The position numbers and the translations under genes are program-made. 39,145 bases of DNA from assembly GCA_964549685.1 (NCBI GenBank), contig CAZJVE010000012.1, positions 1-39,145 of the forward strand, read 5' to 3'. The stretch comes from an uncultured archaeon. Its GTDB lineage: Archaea > Altiarchaeota > Altiarchaeia > IMC4 > QMZM01. Positions within the stretch are counted from its first letter, which is position 1. Each line of letters opens with the position of its first letter. The notes below the pieces were generated by a model that was not told the origin of the DNA, ran no database searches, and was given only the letters and a program-made list of their open reading frames with translations. Positions 9,418 through 19,106 of the stretch are shown here, one piece after another.

Positions 9418-9894
9418 TTATTCGATGGGGCCCCAGCACTCACCCGCGCTCTTGTGGCTCATTCCGGATGAGGGGTTGGTGTAGGTTATGTTGATGTGCG
9501 TTCTGTAGTATTCCCCCCTGCCGTAGCTGCTCTGCAGGCCGCAGGTTACGTTCACCTTTGCGCTCTGCCCCGGCCTGAAGGGGTCTATGTCAGCGTTGGG
9601 GGCCCCTGTTGCCGAGCAACTGGCGTCGGCCATGTTCATAACGACGCCGTTCTGCGCGATTGTCAGCTGCGTCCCTGCCTCATTAGTGATGACTAGGTAC
9701 ATCTTATCGTCATCGTAGGACGCGCTGTGGTCCAGCACAGTGACCGAAGAGAATCCCCTGCATCCCGGGGGAGGGCTCGGGGGAGTGAATGCTCCCATCT
9801 GCCAGAGGACCATGCCCACTATCAATATGAGAAGGACCGCCCAGCCGTAGGTCGTCATGTATTCAATGGCCGACTGTCCCTTTTTTGAGTTCAT
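9418..9894 (-). CDS. Archaeal type IV pilin-like protein with class III signal peptide
   Basis: N-terminus MNSKKG|QSAIEYMTTYGWAVLLILIV (PibD/EppA-type cleavage, +5 Glu) followed by a Cys-containing globular domain. Confidence 0.88.
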   Translation of the reverse strand: MNSKKGQSAIEYMTTYGWAVLLILIVGMVLWQMGAFTPPSPPPGCRGFSSVTVLDHSASYDDDKMYLVITNEAGTQLTIAQNGVVMNMADASCSATGAPNADIDPFRPGQSAKVNVTCGLQSSYGRGEYYRTHINITYTNPSSGMSHKSAGECWGPIE

Positions 9895-9942
9895 TTTGAA
9901 CGAGTATTAACTATATATATTTTAAAACAAATATAAGGGTAG

Positions 9943-10620
9943 GTGATTCGAATGGTTGACTTTACACGGGCCATTAAACGGCCTTTTGCGGACCTGACAA
10001 AATTTATTATTGGAGCTGTTCTTTCCATAATACCGGTTGTGAACTTTCTTGCAATGGGCTATGAGCTGAAGTGCGCGAAGAGTGCCATGAACGGGAAGTA
10101 TGACCTGCCCGAATGGACCGAGTGGGGCGACCTGTTTGTGAAGGGGCTGCTGTGGGTTGTCGTTATGATTATATATGCCATACCTGTTGCCATCCTGGTG
10201 GCCATTTTTGCGGGCGGCGCATTCATGGCCGCCGGGCAGGGTGCAGAGGCAGGATTGGCAGGCCTGGGCATAGGTGCAATAGTCATGATGGCGCTCGTCC
10301 TTCTCCTGATGTACATCATGCCGTCCATCACGATGACCTTTGTCCAGAACGACTTCAAGTTCGGGGCCGCCTTTGGGGTTGGAGAGATAGTCAAAAAATC
10401 GCTCCACGCAGACTACTTCGTGACATGGCTCATGGTCGGGGTATATTCGCTGGTTTTGATGCTTGTCCTGTCATTTATCCCCATAGCAGGCGCGGCAATA
10501 GCCAGCTTCGCCACGGGAGTCACGAGCATGACGGCCTTTGGAGAATTGTATCCCGGTCTGAAGGCCGGTGGTGGAGCCAAGAGCAATGCCCCCCCTGGCA
10601 GCAAACCTGAGGTGGGCTAG
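9943..10620 (+). CDS. DUF4013 family membrane protein (start may be ATG 9952)
   Basis: FTRAIKRPF, IIPVVNFLAMGY, LPEWTEWGDLFVKG and AAFGVGEI are typical of DUF4013. Confidence 0.85.
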   Translation: MIRMVDFTRAIKRPFADLTKFIIGAVLSIIPVVNFLAMGYELKCAKSAMNGKYDLPEWTEWGDLFVKGLLWVVVMIIYAIPVAILVAIFAGGAFMAAGQGAEAGLAGLGIGAIVMMALVLLLMYIMPSITMTFVQNDFKFGAAFGVGEIVKKSLHADYFVTWLMVGVYSLVLMLVLSFIPIAGAAIASFATGVTSMTAFGELYPGLKAGGGAKSNAPPGSKPEVG

Positions 10621-10660
10621 TCTGATTTCTTTTTTCTTTCTTCATTACCATTTTAATTAG

Positions 10661-11098
10661 ATGACGGATACGAATATCTTTGCCAGGAGGTTTGGCGCGC
10701 TGGTTCTGGACAGCATTATCTTTGCCATTGTGTTCGCCGTACTGATGACATTCCTAAGCGCCATAGGCGTTTTGATTGGGGCCTGCCCGGCATCGATGGT
10801 TGTCTTTGCAGGAATCATAAGCATTCTTTTTGTAAAGTCCGTTGCCTTCATCTACTTTGTGCTGCTCGAAGGGCCGGTTGGTAAGGGGCAGACGCTGGGG
10901 AAGAGGCTGATGAAGATTAAGGTCGTTGCCGAGGACGGTAAGGTTCCGGGCTACGGGCAGTCAGTCGTGCGGAACATCCTGAGAATCATAGATATGCTCC
11001 CTGCACTGTATCTGGTTGGGGTGGTCCTGATATTCATGACAGAAAATGACCAGAGGCTGGGGGATTTGGCGGCCAAGACCGTTGTTGTGAAGGCCTAG
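10661..11098 (+). CDS. RDD family membrane protein
   Basis: RRFGALVLD, GQTLGKRLMKIKVV, RNILRIID and QRLGDLAAKTVV. Confidence 0.93.
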   Translation: MTDTNIFARRFGALVLDSIIFAIVFAVLMTFLSAIGVLIGACPASMVVFAGIISILFVKSVAFIYFVLLEGPVGKGQTLGKRLMKIKVVAEDGKVPGYGQSVVRNILRIIDMLPALYLVGVVLIFMTENDQRLGDLAAKTVVVKA

Positions 11099-11787
11099 CC
11101 CTCCTTTTCCAGGATGTCCAGGATGTCTCGCAAGTCGGAAACAATATAGTCCGGTTCCTCTTCCGGTTTTTTCGGCAGATTCTTGCGCCTGCCCTTCAGG
11201 AGCTGTATCGTCAGCATCCCTGCTTTGTTGGCCCCGGCTATGTCCCTGTCGATGCGGTCGCCCAGCATTGCGGCTTCTCTGGGCTTGCACCCCATTTTCT
11301 TTAACGCGAGCCTGAATATCTCCGAGTCGGGCTTTTCCAGGCCTGTCTCCTCGGAGATTATGACCACATCGAAGACGTGCTGGACCCCCAGTCTTATCAG
11401 CTTCTCCCACTGCTTCACGGCAAGGCCGTTGGTTATTGCCCCGAGCTTGTAGTTGCGGTCCCTGAGGCTGAGCAGTGTTGGCACGGTATCGCGAAAGGGA
11501 ACAAGGTAGGTGAGCTTGGTATTGTGGTAGGCAACAAGCCCTGCAGCAATGATGTGGGGGTTATTGTCATGCCCGGATTCCTTGAGGAGCTCGTTGAAGT
11601 GCCCGGAGTAGTTGGAGCCGAACTTCTTGACTATTCTCTTGAGCGACTTCATGGCCTCCTCCTCGCTGAGGTTAAGGCCCGCCTCTATCATCGCCTTTAT
11701 CGCGTTCTTTCTGGCGCTTTCCGCCTGCAGCGTGCTGTCATAGAGGGTATCGTCAACATCAAAGAAGACCGCTTTTATTTTGGGCAT
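11095..11787 (-). CDS. HAD-superfamily hydrolase (TIGR02253-like)
   Basis: FFDVDDTLY, ITNG, EKPDSEIF and GDRIDRDIAGA; start corrected to MPKIK at 11787. Confidence 0.92.
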   Translation of the reverse strand: MPKIKAVFFDVDDTLYDSTLQAESARKNAIKAMIEAGLNLSEEEAMKSLKRIVKKFGSNYSGHFNELLKESGHDNNPHIIAAGLVAYHNTKLTYLVPFRDTVPTLLSLRDRNYKLGAITNGLAVKQWEKLIRLGVQHVFDVVIISEETGLEKPDSEIFRLALKKMGCKPREAAMLGDRIDRDIAGANKAGMLTIQLLKGRRKNLPKKPEEEPDYIVSDLRDILDILEKEG

Positions 11788-11824
11788 ATTATAACTTTCG
11801 GTCGAATAATAATATACTGTGGCT

Positions 11825-13087
11825 ATGTTAAGATGCATTGACTGCGGAGGAGAGTTCCAGCCTGGAGCATTTTACAGGTGCGAGAAGTGCTCCGGTCTGC
11901 TGGACGTGGTTGTGGATATTGAGGGGCTTGAGGTTTCAAGGGAGCTCTTCGACTCCAGGCTCGGCTCCAGGGAATTCCCCTACGGCAGCGGCATATGGAG
12001 GTTCAGGGAACTGATACATCCCCTGGTCAAGGACGGGGACATCGTCTCAAGGCCGGAGGGGAACACCAATCTCTATAGCCATGGGAAGGTTTCTGAATAC
12101 TCCGGAATCAAGGACATCGTGCTGAAGCACGAAGGGGAGAACCCGTCAGGCTCATTCAAGGACAGGGGCATGAGCCCCGGAATTTCTGAAGCAAAGAGGC
12201 TTGGAATGGGAACTGTTGCCTGCGCATCGACCGGGAACACCTCTGCCTCCATGGCGGCCTATGCCAGCCTGGCAGGAATAAAGTCCGTGGTATTCATACC
12301 TGAGGGGATGATTGCATTCGGGAAGCTTTCACAGGCCCTTGCCTACGGGGCAAAGGTCCTGCAGATAAAGGGGGACTTCGACAAGGCCATGGCCCTGGTC
12401 CAGGAGTCCTCGAAGGCGCTGGGCATGTATCTCCTGAATTCCATCAATCCATGGCGGATTGAGGGGCAGAAGTCCATCGTCTTTGAGCTCATTCAGCAGC
12501 TGGCATGGAATCCCCCGGACTGGATTGTGGTTCCGGCCGGAAACCTGGGGAATTCATCCGCCTTTGGAAAGGCGCTGATGGAGCTGAGGGATTTGGGGCT
12601 GATTGATAAGGTTCCGAGGATTGCGTCGATTCAGGCTCATGGAGCGAACCCGTTCTACAGGATGTGGAAGGGAGAGGAGAACGTGCTGGAGAGCGTCAAA
12701 CCGGAGACCATTGCATCGGCAATAAAGATAGGCAACCCAATCAGCTGGAAGAAGGCGACAAGGGCGATAAAGTTCAGCAACGGTATCGTTGAAGAGGTCT
12801 CTGACCAGGAGATAATGGACGCGAAGGCCGTTATAGATGGCTCAGGGATTGGATGCGAGCCCGCCTCGGCAGCATCCGTGGCAGGAGCAAAGAAGCTGCT
12901 CGATGCGGGAGTGATAGACAAGGGGGAGAGGGTCGCATGCATCATAACTGGAAATATCCTGAAGGACCCCGACGCGACCATAAACTATCATCTCGGGAAG
13001 CTGACGGGGATTAAGCCTAAATTCCAGAACGGTCCCACGGCAATTGACGCCGACCTGGACAGCGTGAGAAAGGAGATATCAGGATAG
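11825..13087 (+). CDS. thrC: Threonine synthase (PLP fold II)
   Basis: N-terminal CxxC...CxxC, NPSGSFKDRG (PLP Lys), ASTGNTSAS, PAGNLGN and EPASAA. Confidence 0.95.
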   Translation: MLRCIDCGGEFQPGAFYRCEKCSGLLDVVVDIEGLEVSRELFDSRLGSREFPYGSGIWRFRELIHPLVKDGDIVSRPEGNTNLYSHGKVSEYSGIKDIVLKHEGENPSGSFKDRGMSPGISEAKRLGMGTVACASTGNTSASMAAYASLAGIKSVVFIPEGMIAFGKLSQALAYGAKVLQIKGDFDKAMALVQESSKALGMYLLNSINPWRIEGQKSIVFELIQQLAWNPPDWIVVPAGNLGNSSAFGKALMELRDLGLIDKVPRIASIQAHGANPFYRMWKGEENVLESVKPETIASAIKIGNPISWKKATRAIKFSNGIVEEVSDQEIMDAKAVIDGSGIGCEPASAASVAGAKKLLDAGVIDKGERVACIITGNILKDPDATINYHLGKLTGIKPKFQNGPTAIDADLDSVRKEISG

Positions 13088-13357
13088 CAACTCCAGCGCT
13101 TCTTTGCCGGTCATTCCCTCGGTCACTGCGAATTCCCTGGCTTTGGAGCTTGTTTTTATTATCTCTGCATTGAGGACGTCGTCGAAGGTGGCTACTCCAG
13201 TCACGAGTGCAAGAGCATCCCCAAGCTTCTCGGCAGTCTCCATGTTAAGATAGCCGCAGGCAACGAACCCATTATTGGCTACAATCATGACAAGGTTCGC
13301 GTTTCCCAGCCGGACGAGGATTCCGGTCCAGTCACCTATCTGCTTTGTTTCGAGCAT
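13079..13357 (-). CDS. YunC/DUF1805 family protein
   Basis: GFVACGYLN, AEKLGD, GVATFDDVLNA and GMTGKEAL; start corrected to ATG 13357. Confidence 0.88.
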   Translation of the reverse strand: MLETKQIGDWTGILVRLGNANLVMIVANNGFVACGYLNMETAEKLGDALALVTGVATFDDVLNAEIIKTSSKAREFAVTEGMTGKEALELLS

Positions 13358-13397
13358 TTCATTAGATATATAAGATATAAAAGAAAAAGATAATGGG

Positions 13398-16300
13398 ATG
13401 GAATCTAAACTCTTTGTGCTTCTGGTTTTGGCTGCCTTGTTTTGCATTATTGGATTTGCCGATGCGCAGGTTAATTGCACCATCTATCCAATGCCAAGCT
13501 CCTGCAATGGTATGCAGGGCTGCGTCTGGAACGATATCAGCAGCACGTGCACCAACTGCTCCTGCGATGTTACGACTCTGTGCGACTCGGAATGCTCCTG
13601 CGACCTGGACTGCGGCGAGACCGCATGCACAGATGGAGCTGACAACGACCAGGACGGGGAGATTGATTGCTACGACGATGACTGCCTAGAAGATTCTGCA
13701 TGTCTGGGTTGCATAGACTTCGACGCGGATACCTACTATAATGAGACTGTTGCTAACTGCTATGGCGCAAATGACTGCAACGATGGCGCCCTGTGGGTTA
13801 ATCCCGGGGCGACGGAGGGCTGCGGCAACGGCATCGATGATGACTGCGACGGGCTGATAGACTGCGCGGACTCCAACTGCACGGGGATGCCCGTGTGTCA
13901 GTTTCTAAAGGTCACCTACGGCCCCGCGAATCCGACGACGGACCAGCCGCTGGTTCTGTATGCCCGGGACAATTCCACCGATGAGATAGTGGCTGATTCC
14001 TATATTGACTACAAGGAGCCGGGCTCTGAATCATGGACTGCGGCCCTTACAAACGGGACGCATACGATAACGGGCCCGCTGGCGGGAACATATCAGGTAT
14101 ATGCAACTAAGACCGGCTGGACCAACAGCGAGACGGTGAATATAACGGTGACTACTCCGACGACGACAACCATGCCAACGACGAGCACGACATTGACCAG
14201 CTCTACCAGCACCTCTACGTCTACAAGCACTTCCTCGACGACATCTACCAGCACGACGGTTGCCGGCACGAGCACCACTTCAACGACATCAACCTCCACG
14301 ACGAGCACGAGCACCACCTCAACCTCCACCACATCAACAACGAGCACCTCGACGACGACAATATTCGAGGGCCATAACATAAGCCTGAAGTCGAGGACAT
14401 TCGTCCCCGATGAGGGCATAGACTCCGCCATCAACATATCGGAGATGTCGGCCACGGATTACGTTATGATACAGTTCCGGGAGATTCCCGGTTCTGAGGA
14501 GAGGGATAACCTCAGCCAGTACGGCATAACGCTCCTCGACTATCTCCCGGAGTATTCGTTCTTTGCTTCTGCCGCCATGGAACAGCTGGCAGAGGCAGTC
14601 GCGCTCTCGAATCTGAGGTCCATAGTCAAGATTCTCCCGGGAGACAAGATTGCGCCGAATTCCACCGGAAGCCTGCTGGTTAACCTTACTGAATCTGATG
14701 GGCTGGTAAACGTAAGGGCTGTGTTCTTCAGTGACGTTTCAAGCTATGAAGCGCTGGCGATTCTGGAGAACCATTCACAGAACATAAGCGGGCCGGGCAT
14801 GCTCAACGACTGGGTGATAAGGGGAGATAATGATACGATAAACTCCCTCGCCAATAACAGCAAGGTAAGGTGGATAGAAATATCTTCGCAGGAGGACGAG
14901 GATGCGAATGACGGGGCGAGGGCTACAATAGGGGCGAACCGGGTGCAGTCATTCTATAATCTCAGGGGCCGTAATGTAACAGTAGGTATATGGGAGAGCG
15001 GCAATCCCGATAACACGCACCCTGACCTCGAGGGAAGGATAAACGTAATCGAGAACAAGATGATAAAGGACCACGCAACACACGTTGCAGGGACGGTGGG
15101 GGGCACGGGAAAGAACAGCAGCGGAAGGCTCAGGGGGATGGCGCCCAACGTGACGTTCTGTGCGTACTCAACCGCAGGCGATGACAACGAGGCAGAAGAC
15201 CATGAGGACGCAATCAAGAACAAGGGCATAAACCTGTCACAGAATTCCTGGCGTTCTGGAAACTATACTCTGCGCGGGCGTTACACTGCGAGAAGCAAGA
15301 AATTCGACCAGGTGGTCAGGGGCGTCTACGACCGGAAGATACCGGTGATATTCATATCAGGAAATGAAAACACCCAGACGGCAACCGGCTATAATACGGT
15401 CATGCCCCCGGGAGGGACGGCAAAGAACACCATAACTGTGGGTGCAGTCAATTCCGATGACTACGGGATGCCGTGGTTCAGCAGCTGGGGTCCGACCAAT
15501 GACGGGAGATTGAAGCCCGACATAGTCGCCCCGGGCTGCCAGGCGGGAGGCGATGGAGGGATAAACTCCTCTACCCCGGATGCGTTCATAAACGTCTATC
15601 CCTGGGCCGACTGGGACGGCAGCGGCGATGACTTCCGCCCGTTCTATGACGTGATGTGCGGCACTTCCATGGCCGCGCCCGTGGTTTCAGGAGCGGTTTC
15701 CCTCATGATGGAGTACTTCAAGGACATGGGGAATAACCGGCACGGAACCCTTCCACTGCCCTCAACCTACAAGGCGCTCTTGATTCACACGGCCCATGAC
15801 GTCAACGAAACGGGACCGGACTACCCCACCGGCTACGGGCTGATAAACGTAAGCAAGGCAACCTATTTCCTCAGGAGGGGCGGCATCAACGCAATGATAG
15901 AGGAGGGTACGATAACAATGGCCGGGAACACGGACAGCTACCGGATGTATGTCTCCAATTATACTGAAGAATTCAAAGTGACCCTAGCATGGGACGACTG
16001 GGAGGGCACCGAAAACGCCTACAAGGAGCTGGTGAACGACCTCGACCTTGTGGTTATAGCGCCCAACGGAACAATATACCGGCCATGGAGCCTTAACAGG
16101 TATACTCCAAGCGCTTCGGCAACGACAGGAATAGACAGGAAGAACAATGTAGAGCAGGTGTATGTGAATGACCCATGCGATGGAAACTGGACCATAAACG
16201 TTACCGGCCATATAATAGCGAATCCCAACAACCCGCAGAATTACTCATTAGTGCATAACAACTTCTTCCCTGAGATACTTATGGGTGACGCTCCTGAGGA

Positions 16301-17276
16301 TGATGGAGGTCTTCCTTCAGGGGAGAATTTCTGGGATGGTGAGGTATGGATAGACAGCAACCTTAACGGCATAGAGGATATAGCCCCTGTCCCAGGGCAG
16401 ATTAACCACCTCCATGCAACGGTTCAGGAATTTGGAGGGGACATAGCAAGGGATGTGAGCGTGAATTTCTACTATGCCAGCCCATCCACCGCCATAACCT
16501 ATCCAGATGACTGGGAATTCATAGGCAACACCACAATAAGCAGCATCGCGGCGTACGGGAGTGCGGATGCCTACGTATCCTGGATTCCGCCGGCCACGCC
16601 GGAGCACCAATGCACAATAGTGACCATCAGCAATGCCGAGAACCCAATCACGTATGAGGGAGATGTCAGGGACGACAAGAACATCGGCATGAAGAATTTC
16701 TGGACAATAAGCATTGACGAAACCTATAGCTTTGAATTCGAGGTAGGTAACAACAAAGGAAGTAGCGGCGATGCCCGGCTTGAGATGAATTCCTCCAGCG
16801 CCACTGATGGATGGCAGGTTTACCTTTCACCGGAAGAATTCTACTCCCTCTCCCCGGGCCAGACCCAGACAGCCACGCTGATGGTTACTCCCCCAGAAGG
16901 CACGGTGGGCGAGGCGTCCATAGGTGCAGGTACTGCGGGCCAGAATGCAACGATACACATCACGGAATATCTGACGACCGACAGCGGCGAGGAGATAACC
17001 GGCGGCGTGTCAGTAACCTTTGTTATAGCCAGTAATGAAACGACGATTACGACAAGCACGACCTCCACCAGCACTACGAGTACGAGCAGCACGTCCTCAA
17101 CGACGAGCAGCAGTACCTCAACAACCGTCGTGGGGGAGTGCACCCTTGTGGGGGACGAGCCGCCCTGCAATGAGATAGAACTGGCAGAGGTAATAGACCT
17201 GATAAACCTCTGGGCCGCAGACGGGGCAGAGCTGTCAGAGGTAATAGACCTGATAAATGCATGGGCATCGAACTAA
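13398..17276 (+). CDS. Secreted multidomain S8 subtilase (KP-43-like) with Cys/Asp-rich repeats, Thr/Ser linkers and a C-terminal dockerin-like module
   Basis: Signal peptide; DNDQDGEIDC and NGIDDDCDGLIDC repeats; triad motifs VGIWESG, HATHVAGT and GTSMAAP; VTLAWDD/NDLDL/NNVEQV beta domain; tail GECTLVGDEPPC...EVIDLINLW...EVIDLINAW. Confidence 0.93.
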   Translation: MESKLFVLLVLAALFCIIGFADAQVNCTIYPMPSSCNGMQGCVWNDISSTCTNCSCDVTTLCDSECSCDLDCGETACTDGADNDQDGEIDCYDDDCLEDSACLGCIDFDADTYYNETVANCYGANDCNDGALWVNPGATEGCGNGIDDDCDGLIDCADSNCTGMPVCQFLKVTYGPANPTTDQPLVLYARDNSTDEIVADSYIDYKEPGSESWTAALTNGTHTITGPLAGTYQVYATKTGWTNSETVNITVTTPTTTTMPTTSTTLTSSTSTSTSTSTSSTTSTSTTVAGTSTTSTTSTSTTSTSTTSTSTTSTTSTSTTTIFEGHNISLKSRTFVPDEGIDSAINISEMSATDYVMIQFREIPGSEERDNLSQYGITLLDYLPEYSFFASAAMEQLAEAVALSNLRSIVKILPGDKIAPNSTGSLLVNLTESDGLVNVRAVFFSDVSSYEALAILENHSQNISGPGMLNDWVIRGDNDTINSLANNSKVRWIEISSQEDEDANDGARATIGANRVQSFYNLRGRNVTVGIWESGNPDNTHPDLEGRINVIENKMIKDHATHVAGTVGGTGKNSSGRLRGMAPNVTFCAYSTAGDDNEAEDHEDAIKNKGINLSQNSWRSGNYTLRGRYTARSKKFDQVVRGVYDRKIPVIFISGNENTQTATGYNTVMPPGGTAKNTITVGAVNSDDYGMPWFSSWGPTNDGRLKPDIVAPGCQAGGDGGINSSTPDAFINVYPWADWDGSGDDFRPFYDVMCGTSMAAPVVSGAVSLMMEYFKDMGNNRHGTLPLPSTYKALLIHTAHDVNETGPDYPTGYGLINVSKATYFLRRGGINAMIEEGTITMAGNTDSYRMYVSNYTEEFKVTLAWDDWEGTENAYKELVNDLDLVVIAPNGTIYRPWSLNRYTPSASATTGIDRKNNVEQVYVNDPCDGNWTINVTGHIIANPNNPQNYSLVHNNFFPEILMGDAPEDDGGLPSGENFWDGEVWIDSNLNGIEDIAPVPGQINHLHATVQEFGGDIARDVSVNFYYASPSTAITYPDDWEFIGNTTISSIAAYGSADAYVSWIPPATPEHQCTIVTISNAENPITYEGDVRDDKNIGMKNFWTISIDETYSFEFEVGNNKGSSGDARLEMNSSSATDGWQVYLSPEEFYSLSPGQTQTATLMVTPPEGTVGEASIGAGTAGQNATIHITEYLTTDSGEEITGGVSVTFVIASNETTITTSTTSTSTTSTSSTSSTTSSSTSTTVVGECTLVGDEPPCNEIELAEVIDLINLWAADGAELSEVIDLINAWASN

Positions 17277-17455
17277 TCTTTCGATTCCATGAACTTTTTA
17301 TATTGCTCCTCGTCCTCGAAGACTACTGGGATTCCTGTCCACTCGCATTTCCTGCAGTAGTAGACGCCTGACTGGACGGCCCGGATGTCCCTGATGCTCT
17401 CGGGCGGGATTGTCAGGTCACAGCTCCCGCACTTCATGCACGCCTTGATTTCCAT
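17273..17455 (-). CDS. Small zinc-finger protein (CxxC...CxxC)
   Basis: 60 aa with CMKC and CRKC; start overlaps the thi4 stop by 1 nt. Confidence 0.8.
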   Translation of the reverse strand: MEIKACMKCGSCDLTIPPESIRDIRAVQSGVYYCRKCEWTGIPVVFEDEEQYKKFMESKD

Positions 17456-18222
17456 TATAGTCTTTCCAGAATAAGCTCTGCCGCCTTTTTGCCGGAGAGC
17501 AGCATGCCTCCGAAGATGGGGCCCATCCTCGGTGCTCCGAATACTGCGTTGGCCGCCATGCCGGCGACGTAGAGGTTTGAGTAGACCTCCTTGGTGTTCT
17601 CAACAACAAGACTCTCGGACTTCTCGGCCCACATCGACAGTTCTCCCTCAATCTCTCCCGAGGGCGTGTTGAGCTTGCCGACCTTTTTCCTTGTGATGTG
17701 GCAGACTTCTGTCGGATGTCCCGTTGCGTCTATTGAGAATTTCGAGGCAATGGTAAGGGGGTCGACATGCAGGTTTGCAGCATCGACTGCGCTCCAGTTT
17801 ATGACGAAGCCGGTAATTCCGTTCTCCCGAATCATTACATCCTCAACGGAGATTGCATTGAATATTCTGGCTCCTGAATCGATTGCCTTTGCGGTCAGCT
17901 TGGCAACCGACTCCAGAGAATTCGCCACATACTGTCCCTTCTTGTCTTCGATATAGTTTATCCCAAAGTCGTCCAGAATTCCCTTGGCCTCCTCCTGGAC
18001 TACGATTTTGGGGAACATCATGCCCCCGCCCCACATCCCTCCGCCTACGGAGAGCTTTCTTTCGAAGAGCGAGACGGATGCTCCTCCGTCTGCCAGGTAC
18101 CTTGCTGCTACCAGTCCGGCGGGGCCTCCGCCAGCTATTGCAACGTCTATGTCAAGGCTGGCTATAAGGTCCTTGACAGCATGCTCCAGTATGGCCCGGG
18201 TTATTTTCGTTTCGTCAATCAT
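17455..18222 (-). CDS. thi4: Sulfide-dependent adenosine diphosphate thiazole synthase (His-type Thi4)
   Basis: GGGPAGL, GGGMWGGGMMF, LHVDP (His in place of the suicide Cys), DATGH and PRMGPIFGGMLLSG. Confidence 0.95.
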   Translation of the reverse strand: MIDETKITRAILEHAVKDLIASLDIDVAIAGGGPAGLVAARYLADGGASVSLFERKLSVGGGMWGGGMMFPKIVVQEEAKGILDDFGINYIEDKKGQYVANSLESVAKLTAKAIDSGARIFNAISVEDVMIRENGITGFVINWSAVDAANLHVDPLTIASKFSIDATGHPTEVCHITRKKVGKLNTPSGEIEGELSMWAEKSESLVVENTKEVYSNLYVAGMAANAVFGAPRMGPIFGGMLLSGKKAAELILERL

Positions 18223-19060
18223 TTTTTATCATGGTGCCTGTTCCTTCCTTCGTTAGGATTTCCTCGATTATTGCATGATGGCCCGACTTGATTATGTGGG
18301 TGCTTTTCACCCCGCCGGCAAGGGAGTTTATGCAGGCCTCTATCTTGGGTATCATCCCCTTTGTCGCTACTTTGTCTTTTATCAGGCCCCTTGCCTTGCC
18401 TGTCTTGAGCTCGTGGAGGAGGTTTCCCTTGGAGTCCAGTACTCCGTCGACGTTTGTGAGGATTATCAGCTTGCTTGCCTTCAGCGAGACTGCAAGCTTC
18501 GAGGTTGCGCTGTCGGCATTAATGTTGAGGGATTCTCCGTCACTGTCGAAGCCCACCGGAGATATTATCGGGATGTAGCTCTTGTCGATGAGCGTTGTGA
18601 CGAGGTCTGAATTTATGCTGGAGACCTCGCCGACAAAGCCCAGGTCTATCTTGGACTTCTTCTTCTGGGCCAAAAAAAGTTTGCCGGACTTTCCTGAGAG
18701 ACCGACCGCGTTCCCCCCGAACTTGTTTATTCTTGCCACTATCTCGGTATTCACCTTGCCTATGAGGACCATCTTCACAATGTTCATGGTCTCCTTGTCG
18801 GTCACTCTAAGGCCCTCGACGAATTCGGGCACCTTGCCGAATTTCTCCATCGCAAGTGAGATTTCCCTCCCCCCGCCATGAACTACGACCGGCTTTATGC
18901 CGACATTGCTCAGGAGCACGAGGTCCTGGGCGACTCCGTCGAGCACCTTCTCGTCGAGCATGACCTCTCCGCCAAGCTTTATCACGAACACGTGATTCTT
19001 GAACTTTTTTATGTATTTGACTGCGTCAACCAGAAGATTGGAAACTCCCGTATTTTCCAT
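18215..19060 (-). CDS. argB: Acetylglutamate kinase
   Basis: YIKKF..VIKLGG, VHGGG, GLRVTD, NINAD and GMIPK; start corrected to MENTG at 19060. Confidence 0.93.
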   Translation of the reverse strand: MENTGVSNLLVDAVKYIKKFKNHVFVIKLGGEVMLDEKVLDGVAQDLVLLSNVGIKPVVVHGGGREISLAMEKFGKVPEFVEGLRVTDKETMNIVKMVLIGKVNTEIVARINKFGGNAVGLSGKSGKLFLAQKKKSKIDLGFVGEVSSINSDLVTTLIDKSYIPIISPVGFDSDGESLNINADSATSKLAVSLKASKLIILTNVDGVLDSKGNLLHELKTGKARGLIKDKVATKGMIPKIEACINSLAGGVKSTHIIKSGHHAIIEEILTKEGTGTMIKND

Positions 19061-19106
19061 TTTTAAGGAATGGCGATTACTTATATATACCTTCGAGATT
19101 AATATA

